Shown here one piece after another: positions 7,124 through 17,254 of a DNA stretch of 51,601 nucleotides. The DNA comes from Bacteroidales bacterium (GTDB lineage: Bacteria; Bacteroidota; Bacteroidia; Bacteroidales; VadinHA17): assembly GCA_003520925.1 (NCBI GenBank), contig DOTV01000196.1, forward strand, positions 1 through 51,601, written 5' to 3'. The stretch's first letter is position 1. Each line of letters begins with the position of its first letter. Position numbers and translations under genes: made by a program. Below the pieces are notes generated by a model that had not been told where the DNA came from, searched no databases, and worked only from the letters and a program-made list of their open reading frames with translations.

Positions 7124-9793
7124 TTGCTATCCGGGAGAGTATCATATAAAATTCTGATAACTCTGGGACTTTTTCTGTCCCTTACAGATTGTTCCGTTGA
7201 GAGAAACACTGGTACGACAAGGTTCTACCATGGACTGACCTCTCGATTTAACATCTATTTTAATGGTTATGAGAGCTTTAAGGAAGGTGTTCTGAAAATT
7301 GACAAAAGCTACAGGGATGATTTTTCGGAGTTGCTCAGAGTCTTTGAGAACAGCGATCCTTCGACTGTTTCACTCTGTTCTTCCAACATGGAAACAGCTA
7401 TTCAGAAAGCCTCCAAGCTAATCTCCTTGAAATCGATTACGGCAAAACCTGATTTCGATTCAAAGAAAGATCTTTCCGAGAAAGAAAAGGCCTTGCTTGA
7501 ACAAAAGGAATTCAACGAATGGGTCGACGACAGTTATTTCCTGATAGCCAGGGCAAGGTTCTATAAACATGAGTTCAGTGATGCAGCATCTGTATTCAGC
7601 TATTGCATTGAGGAGGCAAATGACCCGGAAATAAAAACTGAATCGTCGATATGGCTGGCAAGAATAAACTGTGAAAGAGGAAGCTATATTGAAGCCAACC
7701 GACTTCTGAATGATACAAAACCAGATCCGAAGTCATCAAAACAACTCAGGGCGCTCTATTCGACAACTATGGCCGATCTGTTCATAAGGCAGAAAAAGTA
7801 CCAGGAGGCAATCGGACCTCTTTCAGATGCACTGAAGCTTTTATCAGGCAAGAGGGTAAAATACAGGCTCACATATCTGCTTGCCCAGCTTTACGAACGG
7901 ACAGGTGATACCGAAAAAGCAATTTCACTGTACAGAGAAGTAGTAAAGATGAATCCGCCATATGATGTTGAATTTAATGCAAGAATAAACATTGCAGGTG
8001 TTTTCGACGTGAACTCAGGGAATCCTGAAGAGATCAGGAAAGAGCTTGAAAAGATGCTGAAAGATTCAAAGAATAAAGATTTTCAGGATCAGATTTACTA
8101 TGCCCTCGGAAATATGATGAAGAAAGAGGGTAAAAATAATGAAGCACTTGATTATTACAGGAAATCTGCTTCATCAAGTTCAGTCAACCAGAACCAGAAA
8201 GGTAAATCATATCTTGCCCTTGCTGAACACTATTACGCTATTCCCGACTACATGAATGCAGGGAAATATTATGACAGTACAGTTTATTTTCTTGACCAGA
8301 AATATCCCGATTATAAGGATCTTAAGGCAAAATCGCAGAATCTTAATCTGCTTGTAACTCATTTAAACGTAATCCAGAGAGAAGACAGTCTTCAGAAGGT
8401 CGCAGCAATGTCAAAGAATGAGAGGGACGCATTGATATCGGGGATTATTGAAAAGATAATAAAGGCTGAGAGTGAAGGTAAAACATCTGAATATGCCGAC
8501 CGCGCTAATATCGGGCAGTATTATGAAAATGAGAGAAGGTTTCAGGACAATATCGCACAGGAAGGCAAATGGTATTTTTACAATCAGACTGCACTTACCT
8601 TCGGCAGGACAGAATTCAAAAGAAAATGGGGTGACAGGCGTCCTGAAGATAACTGGAGAAGATCTAACAAGGCAAGGGTAAGTATTCAGCAGGCTTCAGC
8701 CGGACAGGATGAGAACGGAAAAGCACAGACCGATACTTCAAAGGCAGTGACAGACTATAAGAAACCTGAATTCTACCTTAAAGACCTGCCTCTGAACGAT
8801 ACCCTGATGAACATCTCGAATGAAAAAATTGCAAATGCCTATTTTAATGCGGGAAAGGTTTTTGCTGAGAAGATAACCGATACAAAGAAAGCGGCTGAAT
8901 CATACGAAACATTATTGACGCGTTTCCCTGACAACATGCTTGTCCCTGAGACACTGTATGATCTTTACAGACTTTACAAGGAAGAGAACAGCCAGAAATC
9001 TGAGGTGTCACGTCAGCGCCTTCTCGAAAAATATCCTGAGAGCGAGTTTGCAAAAATAATCTCGGATCCGGATTATTATAACAATAAGGTAGCCGAAATG
9101 AAGATGTCGGCAAAGCTTTACCAGGAAGCTTACAATTATTATGTACTTGAGAATTTCAGGGAATCAATATCGGTTTGTGACAGCGCGCTTGAAAATAATC
9201 CCACTGACAATCTGGCTCCAAAATTCATGCTTCTGAGGGCCTATTCAGTTGCCAGAATCAGTGATGAAAGAAGCTTTAAAGAGGAGCTCAGCAAGCTGAT
9301 CAAGGCATGGCCTTCAACCGAAGAGGGCAAGAAAGCTGATGAACTCTCGGCATATCTGAACAAGAAGCTTCCTGAGCTCAAAGTTGAGGAAGATAAGGTT
9401 ATAGCAGCTGAATTATATGTCGCCGACACTGCTGCTTTATATTCATTCAATGTGATAATAACCGATCCTGCATTCAATATTAATCAGGCATCTTTTGACG
9501 TGATCAGCTATAATATAGATAATTATACGAACAAGAATTACAGGACCGATGGTATCCTGGTTGATAATGAATATATAAAAATAACGGTCTCGGGATTTGC
9601 AAACAATTCACAGGCGTGGGATTATTACAATTCTTTCAAAGCAGAAAAAATTATAAGAAATAGCACAGGCTCTCAGATAATGACCTTTCTGATCAATAAT
9701 AACAATTCAAAAAACCTCGACACGGATAAAAATCCCGGGCGTTACTATCTTTTCTTTAGGGAAAACTACCTAACTGGGAAAAAGATTAGGTAA
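7124..9793 (+). CDS. sprE: T9SS/gliding TPR lipoprotein, SprE/PorW family
   Basis: TTG 7124 gives a 22-aa lipoprotein-type signal ending LSLTD-C. Also CS..NT...RFYH.LTSRFNIYFNG, several TPRs, and WYFYN......G..EF...WG.R..EDNWRRS. Confidence 0.8.
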   Translation: MLSGRVSYKILITLGLFLSLTDCSVERNTGTTRFYHGLTSRFNIYFNGYESFKEGVLKIDKSYRDDFSELLRVFENSDPSTVSLCSSNMETAIQKASKLISLKSITAKPDFDSKKDLSEKEKALLEQKEFNEWVDDSYFLIARARFYKHEFSDAASVFSYCIEEANDPEIKTESSIWLARINCERGSYIEANRLLNDTKPDPKSSKQLRALYSTTMADLFIRQKKYQEAIGPLSDALKLLSGKRVKYRLTYLLAQLYERTGDTEKAISLYREVVKMNPPYDVEFNARINIAGVFDVNSGNPEEIRKELEKMLKDSKNKDFQDQIYYALGNMMKKEGKNNEALDYYRKSASSSSVNQNQKGKSYLALAEHYYAIPDYMNAGKYYDSTVYFLDQKYPDYKDLKAKSQNLNLLVTHLNVIQREDSLQKVAAMSKNERDALISGIIEKIIKAESEGKTSEYADRANIGQYYENERRFQDNIAQEGKWYFYNQTALTFGRTEFKRKWGDRRPEDNWRRSNKARVSIQQASAGQDENGKAQTDTSKAVTDYKKPEFYLKDLPLNDTLMNISNEKIANAYFNAGKVFAEKITDTKKAAESYETLLTRFPDNMLVPETLYDLYRLYKEENSQKSEVSRQRLLEKYPESEFAKIISDPDYYNNKVAEMKMSAKLYQEAYNYYVLENFRESISVCDSALENNPTDNLAPKFMLLRAYSVARISDERSFKEELSKLIKAWPSTEEGKKADELSAYLNKKLPELKVEEDKVIAAELYVADTAALYSFNVIITDPAFNINQASFDVISYNIDNYTNKNYRTDGILVDNEYIKITVSGFANNSQAWDYYNSFKAEKIIRNSTGSQIMTFLINNNNSKNLDTDKNPGRYYLFFRENYLTGKKIR

Positions 9794-9822
9794 TTTTACA
9801 TCCTGAACACTTTACTTTTTGG

Positions 9823-11379
9823 ATGAGAACAATCAGAATCTTATGGACCGATGATGAAATTGAGGTCCTGAAAGCGCATGTCCTATTCCTCAGGGAGAAA
9901 GGATATGAAATAGATACCTGCACAAATGGTATTGACACCATCGACCTTGTCCGCCATAATCCTTATGATCTGATATTTCTTGACGAAAGCATGCCCGGGC
10001 TGAGTGGACTTGAGACACTTCGCCTTATTAAGGAGATAAAGAACGACCTGCCGGTAGTAATGATAACCAAAAACGAAGAGGAAGGGATCATGGAGGCAGC
10101 CATAGGGTCGGAAATGGCTGATTATCTCATAAAGCCGGTCAAGCCAAATCAGCTACTTCTTGTTGTGAAGAGGATCACCGAACAGCGCAGGCTCATTACC
10201 GAAAAAACAACAACAAACTACAGGCAGGAGTTCGGCAGCATAGGCAACCTTATTTCGTCGGCCCGAAGCCATTCCGACTGGACAGAGCTTTACCGGAAAA
10301 TCACATTCTGGGAATCGGAACTTGAAAAATCGACTGATCCGGGAATGAGCGAAATTCTAAAGATGCAGGAAAATGATGCAAACAATGCCTTTGTAAAATA
10401 CCTGACAACACACTACCTCTCATGGCTTGATCCGGATGCACTTGATAAACCGGTCCTTTCACCATCCCTTTTCTCGAAAAAGATTTTCCCTAATGTGCAG
10501 CAGGGAAGACCTGTTTTCTTCATACTTATTGATAACCTGCGATTTGACCAGTGGAAGATGATAGCTTCGGAGCTGGCAGGAATTTACAGGGTTATAGAAG
10601 AGGATATCTATTTCAGTATCCTGCCTACCGCAACACAGTACAGCCGTAATGCGATTTTTTCCGGTCTGATGCCATCTGCAATTGCAGCAATACTTCCCGA
10701 ATACTGGGTTGAAGATGATGAAGAGGAAGGTAAAAATAACTTCGAAGAAGAACTTTTTAAATATCAGCTTGCCCGCAAGGGACTGAAATACAAATGGTCG
10801 TATAATAAAATAATAAGTAACCAGGATGGACGGAAAGTCAACGAAAGAGTCAGGCAGATGCTCGACAATGATATAAATATCCTCGTTTACAATTTTGTCG
10901 ATATGCTTTCGCATGCCAGGACTGAAATCGGACTGATAAGGGATCTGGCAAATGATGAGAAGGCATACAGGAGCCTTACACGTTCATGGTTTGTTCATTC
11001 TCCCCTCTACGAATTACTTATAGCATTGTCGACCCAGCCTGTTAAAATTATTTTCAGCACCGATCATGGTACTATAAGAGTGCAAAATCCTATTAAGGTT
11101 ATTGGAGACAGGAAAACATCATCCAACCTAAGGTATAAAATGGGAAGAAATCTCGATTATAATCCGCGCCAGGTTTTTGAACTAAGATTCCCTGAAAAGG
11201 CAGGCCTGCCAAAAACCAACATCACTTCAAAATATATTTTTGCCCTCAATAAGGATTTCCTTGTTTACCAGAACAACTATAATTATTATGCAGGCTTTTA
11301 CAAGGACACATTTCAGCACGGAGGCATTTCGATGCAGGAAATAATGCTTCCGGTTGCCTGCATAGAACCTGTTTTGTAA
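9823..11379 (+). CDS. porX: T9SS response regulator PorX (receiver + PglZ alkaline-phosphatase-like domain)
   Basis: ILWTDDEI / FLDESMPG / ITK receiver; DNLRFDQW, LPTATQYSRNAIF, FVDMLSH, TDHGT, FQHGGIS PglZ motifs; followed by tsaE. Confidence 0.93.
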   Translation: MRTIRILWTDDEIEVLKAHVLFLREKGYEIDTCTNGIDTIDLVRHNPYDLIFLDESMPGLSGLETLRLIKEIKNDLPVVMITKNEEEGIMEAAIGSEMADYLIKPVKPNQLLLVVKRITEQRRLITEKTTTNYRQEFGSIGNLISSARSHSDWTELYRKITFWESELEKSTDPGMSEILKMQENDANNAFVKYLTTHYLSWLDPDALDKPVLSPSLFSKKIFPNVQQGRPVFFILIDNLRFDQWKMIASELAGIYRVIEEDIYFSILPTATQYSRNAIFSGLMPSAIAAILPEYWVEDDEEEGKNNFEEELFKYQLARKGLKYKWSYNKIISNQDGRKVNERVRQMLDNDINILVYNFVDMLSHARTEIGLIRDLANDEKAYRSLTRSWFVHSPLYELLIALSTQPVKIIFSTDHGTIRVQNPIKVIGDRKTSSNLRYKMGRNLDYNPRQVFELRFPEKAGLPKTNITSKYIFALNKDFLVYQNNYNYYAGFYKDTFQHGGISMQEIMLPVACIEPVL

Positions 11380-11396
11380 TTAACCTGGCAACCGGG

Positions 11397-11816
11397 ATGA
11401 AGATTCTTGTAAAAGATAAAAAATACCTTCCGTCCGCTGCCCGAAAAATACTTGAACACACTTCGGGGAAAAAAATACTGGCATTTTACGGATCAATGGG
11501 GGCTGGCAAGACAACTGTTATCAAGGCAATCTGCAAGCTCCTCGGGGCAGGTGACATTGTTACCAGCCCAACATTTACAATGGTAAATGAATACCTGACA
11601 AATAAAAATGAAATCATCTATCATATCGACTTTTACAGGATTAAAAAGGCTGAGGAGGTTTATGATTTCGGGTTAGAAGAGTACTTCTCAAGCGGTTCAT
11701 ATTGCTTTATGGAATGGCCCGAGCTTATCGGCGGGATACTTCCCTCTGAAACTGCTAAAATCAGAATTACAGTCGGTGAAAATGACCATAGGACCATTGA
11801 CATTGAAGAACATTGA
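11397..11816 (+). CDS. tsaE: t6A biosynthesis ATPase TsaE
   Basis: GSMGAGKT, SPTFTMVNEY, YHIDFYR, MEWPE. Confidence 0.95.
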   Translation: MKILVKDKKYLPSAARKILEHTSGKKILAFYGSMGAGKTTVIKAICKLLGAGDIVTSPTFTMVNEYLTNKNEIIYHIDFYRIKKAEEVYDFGLEEYFSSGSYCFMEWPELIGGILPSETAKIRITVGENDHRTIDIEEH

Positions 11817-11835
11817 TCCTGTATTGGTTTTTTTT

Positions 11836-11843
11836 TAACTTTG
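11836..11843 (+). promoter_or_regulatory. -7 box (TAACTTTG) for the ald-like gene
   Basis: Exact TAnnTTTG match 22 nt before ATG 11866. Confidence 0.6.
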
Positions 11844-11865
11844 AGAAAATAACAACATTCTCACA

Positions 11866-13086
11866 ATGAATGATAAAGGCAAAAACGGAAATCTGAGTTT
11901 TGGCAATGCCGGTTTAATGCCAAGGGAAGAACAGCTTGAAACAGCTGTACGGCGAAAGAAGATCTCAATCGGAGTTCCAAACGACAAAAAGAATGATGAA
12001 AAAAGGGTGGCCCTTACACCCGAGGCTGTAAATCTGCTTGTCGAAAATGGCAATGAGGTTATCCTTCAGAAGGGAGCCGGGACCGGGGCAAATTATTCCG
12101 ATAAGGATTATGCTGAAAACGGTGCGGTAATTACTGAATCAACTGCCAGGGTTTTCAGTGCCGATGCAGTAATCAAGGTTGCCCCGTTTACATTGCAGGA
12201 GGTCGATTACCTTAAAGGTAACCAGATAGTTATGTCTTTTCTGAATGTCCTCCAGCTAAGCGAGGGGACCCTGGGAAAACTTATAAGGAAAAAAGTTACT
12301 GCAATTGCACTCGAAAAGATACGTGATATTAACGGCGCTATGCCTGTCATGGAATCGATGAGTGAAATAAGCGGAGTCACTTCAATCCTTGTTGCATCCG
12401 ATTATCTGAGCAACCATCATGGTGGTAAGGGTGTACTGCTGGGCGGAATAACCGGAGTTACCCCAACAGAAGTTGTGATCATTGGAGCCAATACTGCAGG
12501 TGAATATGCTGCCCGGGCAGCACTGGGTCTGGGCTCACAGGTTAAAATATTTGACCAGTCGCTTCATAATCTCAGGAAATTCCAGAACCTGATTAACCAA
12601 CGCCTGCAAACATCTGTATTTCATCCGCAGGTTTTAAAAAAAGCCCTTAAATCGGCCGATGTACTTATTGGAGCTATTGAGCTTGAAGATCTTCGCCCCT
12701 GGTACTATATTACAGAAGAGATGGTAAAAACCATGAAAAAAGGGTCAGTTATTATTGATCTGAGCATCGACCGGGGCGGATGCATCGAGACAACTGAATG
12801 CCGGGCACTCAGGGATCCTGTTTATGAAAAGCATGGGGTGATACACTTCTCGGCATGGAACCTGCCATCAAGGATGGCACGTACGGCCTCAATTGCTCTC
12901 AGCAACATTTTTAATCCTCTTTTCCAGGAGATAGCTGAGGCAGGCGGAATAATCCATTTGCTAAAGAATGACCGGGGAATGCGAAACGGGGTTTATCTGT
13001 TCAACGGAATCCTGACAAATGAAACGTTAGCTCAGAAATTCGGAGCGATATCTAAAGATCTTGATCTGCTTATTTCAGCATTCTGA
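11866..13086 (+). CDS. ald: Alanine dehydrogenase/PNT family protein (long Bacteroidota type, divergent active site)
   Basis: IGVP.....EKRVALTP, MSEISG, GKGVLLGGITGV, IDLSIDRGGCIET. Confidence 0.8.
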   Translation: MNDKGKNGNLSFGNAGLMPREEQLETAVRRKKISIGVPNDKKNDEKRVALTPEAVNLLVENGNEVILQKGAGTGANYSDKDYAENGAVITESTARVFSADAVIKVAPFTLQEVDYLKGNQIVMSFLNVLQLSEGTLGKLIRKKVTAIALEKIRDINGAMPVMESMSEISGVTSILVASDYLSNHHGGKGVLLGGITGVTPTEVVIIGANTAGEYAARAALGLGSQVKIFDQSLHNLRKFQNLINQRLQTSVFHPQVLKKALKSADVLIGAIELEDLRPWYYITEEMVKTMKKGSVIIDLSIDRGGCIETTECRALRDPVYEKHGVIHFSAWNLPSRMARTASIALSNIFNPLFQEIAEAGGIIHLLKNDRGMRNGVYLFNGILTNETLAQKFGAISKDLDLLISAF

Positions 13087-13102
13087 AGATGTTCCTCGTT
13101 GA

Positions 13103-13130
13103 TGGTTACTGGGTGCTGGTTACTGGTAAA
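13103..13130 (+). repeat. Short heptamer tandem array
   Basis: TGGTTAC TGGGTGC TGGTTAC TGGTAAA just after the ald stop. Confidence 0.5.
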
Positions 13131-13242
13131 TCCCCCTTTGAAGAGCCTGCCCCGCTTCAGCGGGGGGGTTGGGGGATGTAAAATCTTCTTTTTACATGTA
13201 CTCACCCCTGTATCCCCTCTCTGCTTCGTAAAGAGGGACTTT
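13131..13242. repeat. REP/REPIN-like palindrome, copy C (arms in opposite order, nested insert)
   Basis: TCCCCCTTTGAA[GAGCCTGCCCCGCTTCAGC]GGGGGGGTTGGGGGATGT...CTCACCCCTGTATCCCCTCTCTGCTTCGTAAAGAGGGACTTT between convergent ald and LD-carboxypeptidase. Confidence 0.75.
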
Positions 13243-13263
13243 CGAATAGACACCTCTGACCAG

Positions 13264-14178
13264 CTAGATATATAATAGAACAGCCTCTTCTCCCTTTAAG
13301 GTGATTTTAGCATTCTTACCTATGTAAAAAGCCCGGTTGTCATCAATATGCCCTGCCGGAAAATCAAACAAAACCGGGTATTTATAATCCGCAACTGATT
13401 CAGCTATTGTAGCTTCAGCACTTTTGCCCCAGGCAATTTTAGTGTTTTCCATTTTAGTCAGCCCCCCTACTATCAATCCCGACAGTGCTTTAAGCTTGCC
13501 CGCAAGCCTGAGGGAGTTCATCATCCGGTCGAGATGATAATAGTACTCCCCCACCTCTTCAATAAACAGGATCCTTCCATATGTATTGGGCTCACCTTTT
13601 GTACCTATAAGGCTGTAAATCAGAGAGAGATTCCCACCGGTAACCTCCCCGGTGAAATTTCCCGGACGGATGAAAGCTCCTTTCCAGGAAATAGGTTTGT
13701 ATTTACCGAATAATGCATCATACAGAGTGTTGAATGTTTCCTGCGTTTTCCCCTTTTCAGAGTAATTCAGAGGCATTTCGCCATGTATCGAAGCTAATCC
13801 TATTACTTCATTAAGCCAGAGATGCAGGATTGTTATATCGCTGAATCCGATATACCATTTCGGATTTTTTTTCAATGATGATAGCCTGAGTCTGTTTATT
13901 ATTCTGAGCGTCCCATAACCCCCTCTTGAGCAGAACACTGCCTTAACAGCCCTATCATCAGTCATTTTCTGGAGGTCATAAAGACGTTCATCATCATTTC
14001 CGGCAAAGGGACCTGCCCGTTTCAATATATTTTCCCCGGTCCTGACCTTTAGCCCCCAGCTTTCCAGTAAACCGACTGCTGCGTTTATTTTATCTTCATC
14101 AACTGACCAGGAAGGAGAGACGATTGCCACTTCATCACCTTGCCTGAGATATGGAGGCTGGATTTTTTTCAGGGACAT
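13264..14178 (-). CDS. LD-carboxypeptidase (peptidase S66)
   Basis: RGGYG, GFSDIT (Ser), EEVGE (Glu), PAGH (His). Confidence 0.92.
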   Translation of the reverse strand: MSLKKIQPPYLRQGDEVAIVSPSWSVDEDKINAAVGLLESWGLKVRTGENILKRAGPFAGNDDERLYDLQKMTDDRAVKAVFCSRGGYGTLRIINRLRLSSLKKNPKWYIGFSDITILHLWLNEVIGLASIHGEMPLNYSEKGKTQETFNTLYDALFGKYKPISWKGAFIRPGNFTGEVTGGNLSLIYSLIGTKGEPNTYGRILFIEEVGEYYYHLDRMMNSLRLAGKLKALSGLIVGGLTKMENTKIAWGKSAEATIAESVADYKYPVLFDFPAGHIDDNRAFYIGKNAKITLKGEEAVLLYI

Positions 14179-14243
14179 TTTACAGCATATATCGTGTAAA
14201 AATAATCCTTATTGGCAACTCATCCAACTGCATGAATAAAGAT

Positions 14244-14251
14244 TATCTTTG
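14244..14251 (+). promoter_or_regulatory. -7 box (TATCTTTG) for metG
   Basis: Exact TAnnTTTG match 38 nt before ATG 14290. Confidence 0.62.
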
Positions 14252-14289
14252 TGCGATTTCAGAAATAGCTGACCATTCTTAATTGAATT

Positions 14290-16323
14290 ATGAAGAATTT
14301 CAAACGATATCTTATTACTTCAGCACTGCCCTATGCCAATGGTCCGTTACATATCGGCCATCTTGCAGGTGTTTATGTTCCGTCGGATATTTATACCCGC
14401 TACCTCCGGATGAAAGGGGCAGATGTTATATCAATCTGCGGATCGGACGAACACGGAGTCCCAATAACCCTGAAAGCACGCAAGGAGGGAATTTCACCCC
14501 AGGAAGTCGTCGACAGGTATCATACATTGAATAAAAAAGCGTTTGAGGATTTCGGTATTGCTTTTGATATTTACTCAAGAACTTCAAATAAGGTTCACTA
14601 TGATACAGCATCGGATTTCTTCCTGAAAATTTACAATAAGGGTGAATTCACTGAAAAAATTTCGGAACAATATTATGACGAAGAGGCGGCTTCCTTTCTG
14701 GCCGACAGGTATATAACAGGCACCTGTCCGCATTGCGGTAACGAAAATGCATATGGGGACCAATGTGAAAAGTGCGGTACATCACTTAGTCCGAACGACC
14801 TTATAAATCCTCGCTCGACAATCAGTGGAAGCAAGCCAGTTCTCCGTGAAACACTTCATTGGTACCTTCCGCTGGATAAATACGAGGGCTGGCTGAAAAA
14901 GTGGATACTCGAGGATCATAAGGAATGGAAAACAAATGTTTACGGACAATGCAAATCATGGATCGATCAGGGACTTCAGCCAAGGGCCGTAAGCCGCGAT
15001 CTTGACTGGGGTGTTCCGGTTCCGGTTGAGGGGGCAAAAGGGAAAGTACTGTACGTGTGGTTTGATGCACCTATAGGATATATTTCAGCAACAAAAGAAC
15101 TGACGGCTGATTGGGAAAAGTACTGGAAGGATCCGGAGACGAAAATGGTTCACTTCATAGGGAAGGACAATATTGTTTTCCATTGCATAATTTTCCCGGC
15201 AATGCTTAAAGCCGAAGGCTCATTCATACTCCCTGAGAATGTTCCGGCAAATGAGTTTCTGAATCTCGAGAATGACAAGATCTCAACTTCACGCAACTGG
15301 GCTGTATGGCTGCATGAATACCTTGAAGAATTCCCCGGCAAGCAGGATGTTCTGAGATACACTCTCTGTTCCAATGCACCTGAAACAAAGGATAATGACT
15401 TCACCTGGAAAGATTTCCAGGCCCGCAATAACAATGAACTTGTGGCCATTCTGGGTAATTTCGTAAACCGCACTCTGGTTCTTACAGGTAAATATTACGA
15501 TGGAAGGGTTCCGGAAAGAGGGATAACTGACGAAAACGATAATTCAGTGCTCAAAGAAATTTCAAAGATCCGCGAGAATGTTGAATCAAGTATCGAAACC
15601 TTCAGGTTCCGGGAAGCCCTCAGGGAAGCAATGAACCTTGCAAGGCTTGGTAATAAGTACCTGGCTGATGCTGAACCATGGAAGATTGATAAAACCGATC
15701 CGGAAAGAGTAAAAACAATTATGAATATTGCTCTTCAGATCACGGCAAATCTTACAATAATTCTTGAGCCATTTCTTCCCTTTTCTATGAGCAAGCTGAG
15801 GAATTGGATTAATATCGATCTTAAAAAATGGGACGAGGCAGGAAATATTGACATTCTTAAGCCTGGCCATGCCATAAATAAACCGGATCTTCTTTTTGAA
15901 AAGATTGAGGATGAAGCTATAAAGAAGCAGATAAGCAAGCTTGAATCAACCAAAAAGGTGAATGAATCTGCGTCTTCAAAAGTTATGCCTTCAAAGGACC
16001 AGGTGACATTCGAGGATTTTACAAAGGTCGATATAAGGACCGCCACAATTCTCGAAGCTGAAAAAGTGCCTAAAACCACCAAGCTCCTGAAGCTTAAAAT
16101 TGACACAGGCCTTGATATCAGGACAATAGTATCAGGAATTGCAGAATATTATGAGCCAGAGACGATCATCGGAAGGCAGATCTCAATTGTTGCAAATCTT
16201 GAACCAAGAAAAATAAAAGGGATCGAGTCAAAAGGTATGATTCTGATGGCTGAAGACAAAGAAGGAAGACTTGTAATGGTTACACCTGCTGAAAAGGTAA
16301 GCAACGGCAGCCCTATAAAGTAG
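14290..16323 (+). CDS. metG: Methionine-tRNA ligase
   Basis: [21 protein letters not shown] zinc knuckle, [16 protein letters not shown]-terminal tRNA-binding OB fold. Confidence 0.98.
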   Translation: MKNFKRYLITSALPYANGPLHIGHLAGVYVPSDIYTRYLRMKGADVISICGSDEHGVPITLKARKEGISPQEVVDRYHTLNKKAFEDFGIAFDIYSRTSNKVHYDTASDFFLKIYNKGEFTEKISEQYYDEEAASFLADRYITGTCPHCGNENAYGDQCEKCGTSLSPNDLINPRSTISGSKPVLRETLHWYLPLDKYEGWLKKWILEDHKEWKTNVYGQCKSWIDQGLQPRAVSRDLDWGVPVPVEGAKGKVLYVWFDAPIGYISATKELTADWEKYWKDPETKMVHFIGKDNIVFHCIIFPAMLKAEGSFILPENVPANEFLNLENDKISTSRNWAVWLHEYLEEFPGKQDVLRYTLCSNAPETKDNDFTWKDFQARNNNELVAILGNFVNRTLVLTGKYYDGRVPERGITDENDNSVLKEISKIRENVESSIETFRFREALREAMNLARLGNKYLADAEPWKIDKTDPERVKTIMNIALQITANLTIILEPFLPFSMSKLRNWINIDLKKWDEAGNIDILKPGHAINKPDLLFEKIEDEAIKKQISKLESTKKVNESASSKVMPSKDQVTFEDFTKVDIRTATILEAEKVPKTTKLLKLKIDTGLDIRTIVSGIAEYYEPETIIGRQISIVANLEPRKIKGIESKGMILMAEDKEGRLVMVTPAEKVSNGSPIK

Positions 16324-16324
16324 A

Positions 16325-17254
16325 TTATTTTCTGGAGATCCAGGTTCCCGGGAACTTCTTTGAAATGCTGTCTCTTGTTGAGATAGCCTTTTCCTTGCTG
16401 GTACAAGTCATGGCTGTGACCCTGTAAAAGCCATTTGAAGCCTGATTTATTTCAGGTTCATATCCGTCAGCTTTAAGGATCTCGACATGCGAAAGTGCAT
16501 TTCCCTGCGATCTAAAGCTTCCTGTAATTATAGTATATTGAACTTCATCAGCCGGTTCCGCTGGAACTTCGGGCTTTACAGGCTTACTGGTGTCAGGGAC
16601 AATTAGAGCAGCTTCATCGATTGCCTTTTTATTATTTTCAAATTCAGCGGTGACTAGCGGGTTAAGTGAAGTTGTCTCAATGCTGGTTTTAAAAAGATCT
16701 GTTTTCAGGGGAACGGCTATCAGCAATGCCAGTACAGGAATCAGAACAGCCGCTCGCCACAGGTTCTTCCTGGTGACACTAATCCTTACAGGTTCCCTGC
16801 TGATATGCCTGGTGACCCTTTTACGAACATCATATTGCCTAGCCGGATACCACTGAAATGATTCAAGTCCGTATGAACCAGGATGATAATTAATATTCGG
16901 TTCAGGTTCAAACAGGATATTGTTTTCCCTGTTGTAGACAAAAGTCCCGATATGATCAAACACCACCTGTTCTCCTTTTTCAAGCCGTCCTTTAAGCACT
17001 TTAACAAACTCTTCCACCAGATGACGGGAATCTCCGTAATTGACACCGGTAGTCTGGGAAATCTTGCCTATAAGGAGACCGTCGTTGTGATTAAGATTAC
17101 TGTTGAAGGAGATTTTCCTGGAAGGAGGATAAAAAGTTCCGGAATTTTCATCGGCATAAGCAGGTGAGAAATTCCCAATAAGCCCTCCAAAGCCTGGTAC
17201 AATGACACAATCATGTACAAACAATAGTTCTCTTATGAAGGCTTTTATATCCAC
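16325..17254 (-). CDS. HU-like (CCDC81-type) N-terminal domains + TM helix + SPOR domain protein
   Basis: IRELLFVHDCVIVPGFGG, FN..L..NDGLL, hydrophobic segment AAVLIPVLALLIAVPL, C-terminal YTIITGSFRSQGNA SPOR-like domain. Confidence 0.8.
   Translation of the reverse strand: MDIKAFIRELLFVHDCVIVPGFGGLIGNFSPAYADENSGTFYPPSRKISFNSNLNHNDGLLIGKISQTTGVNYGDSRHLVEEFVKVLKGRLEKGEQVVFDHIGTFVYNRENNILFEPEPNINYHPGSYGLESFQWYPARQYDVRKRVTRHISREPVRISVTRKNLWRAAVLIPVLALLIAVPLKTDLFKTSIETTSLNPLVTAEFENNKKAIDEAALIVPDTSKPVKPEVPAEPADEVQYTIITGSFRSQGNALSHVEILKADGYEPEINQASNGFYRVTAMTCTSKEKAISTRDSISKKFPGTWISRK

Noticed and set aside
9823..11379. PglZ domain as a sign of a BREX defence system
   Set aside because: It is fused to a receiver domain and followed by tsaE, which is the PorX arrangement; no brx/pgl genes nearby.
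11828..11836. T9 tract in the ald promoter (and other A/T runs of 8) as phase-variation sites
   Set aside because: A/T runs of this length are frequent in this AT-rich sequence and nothing singles these out.
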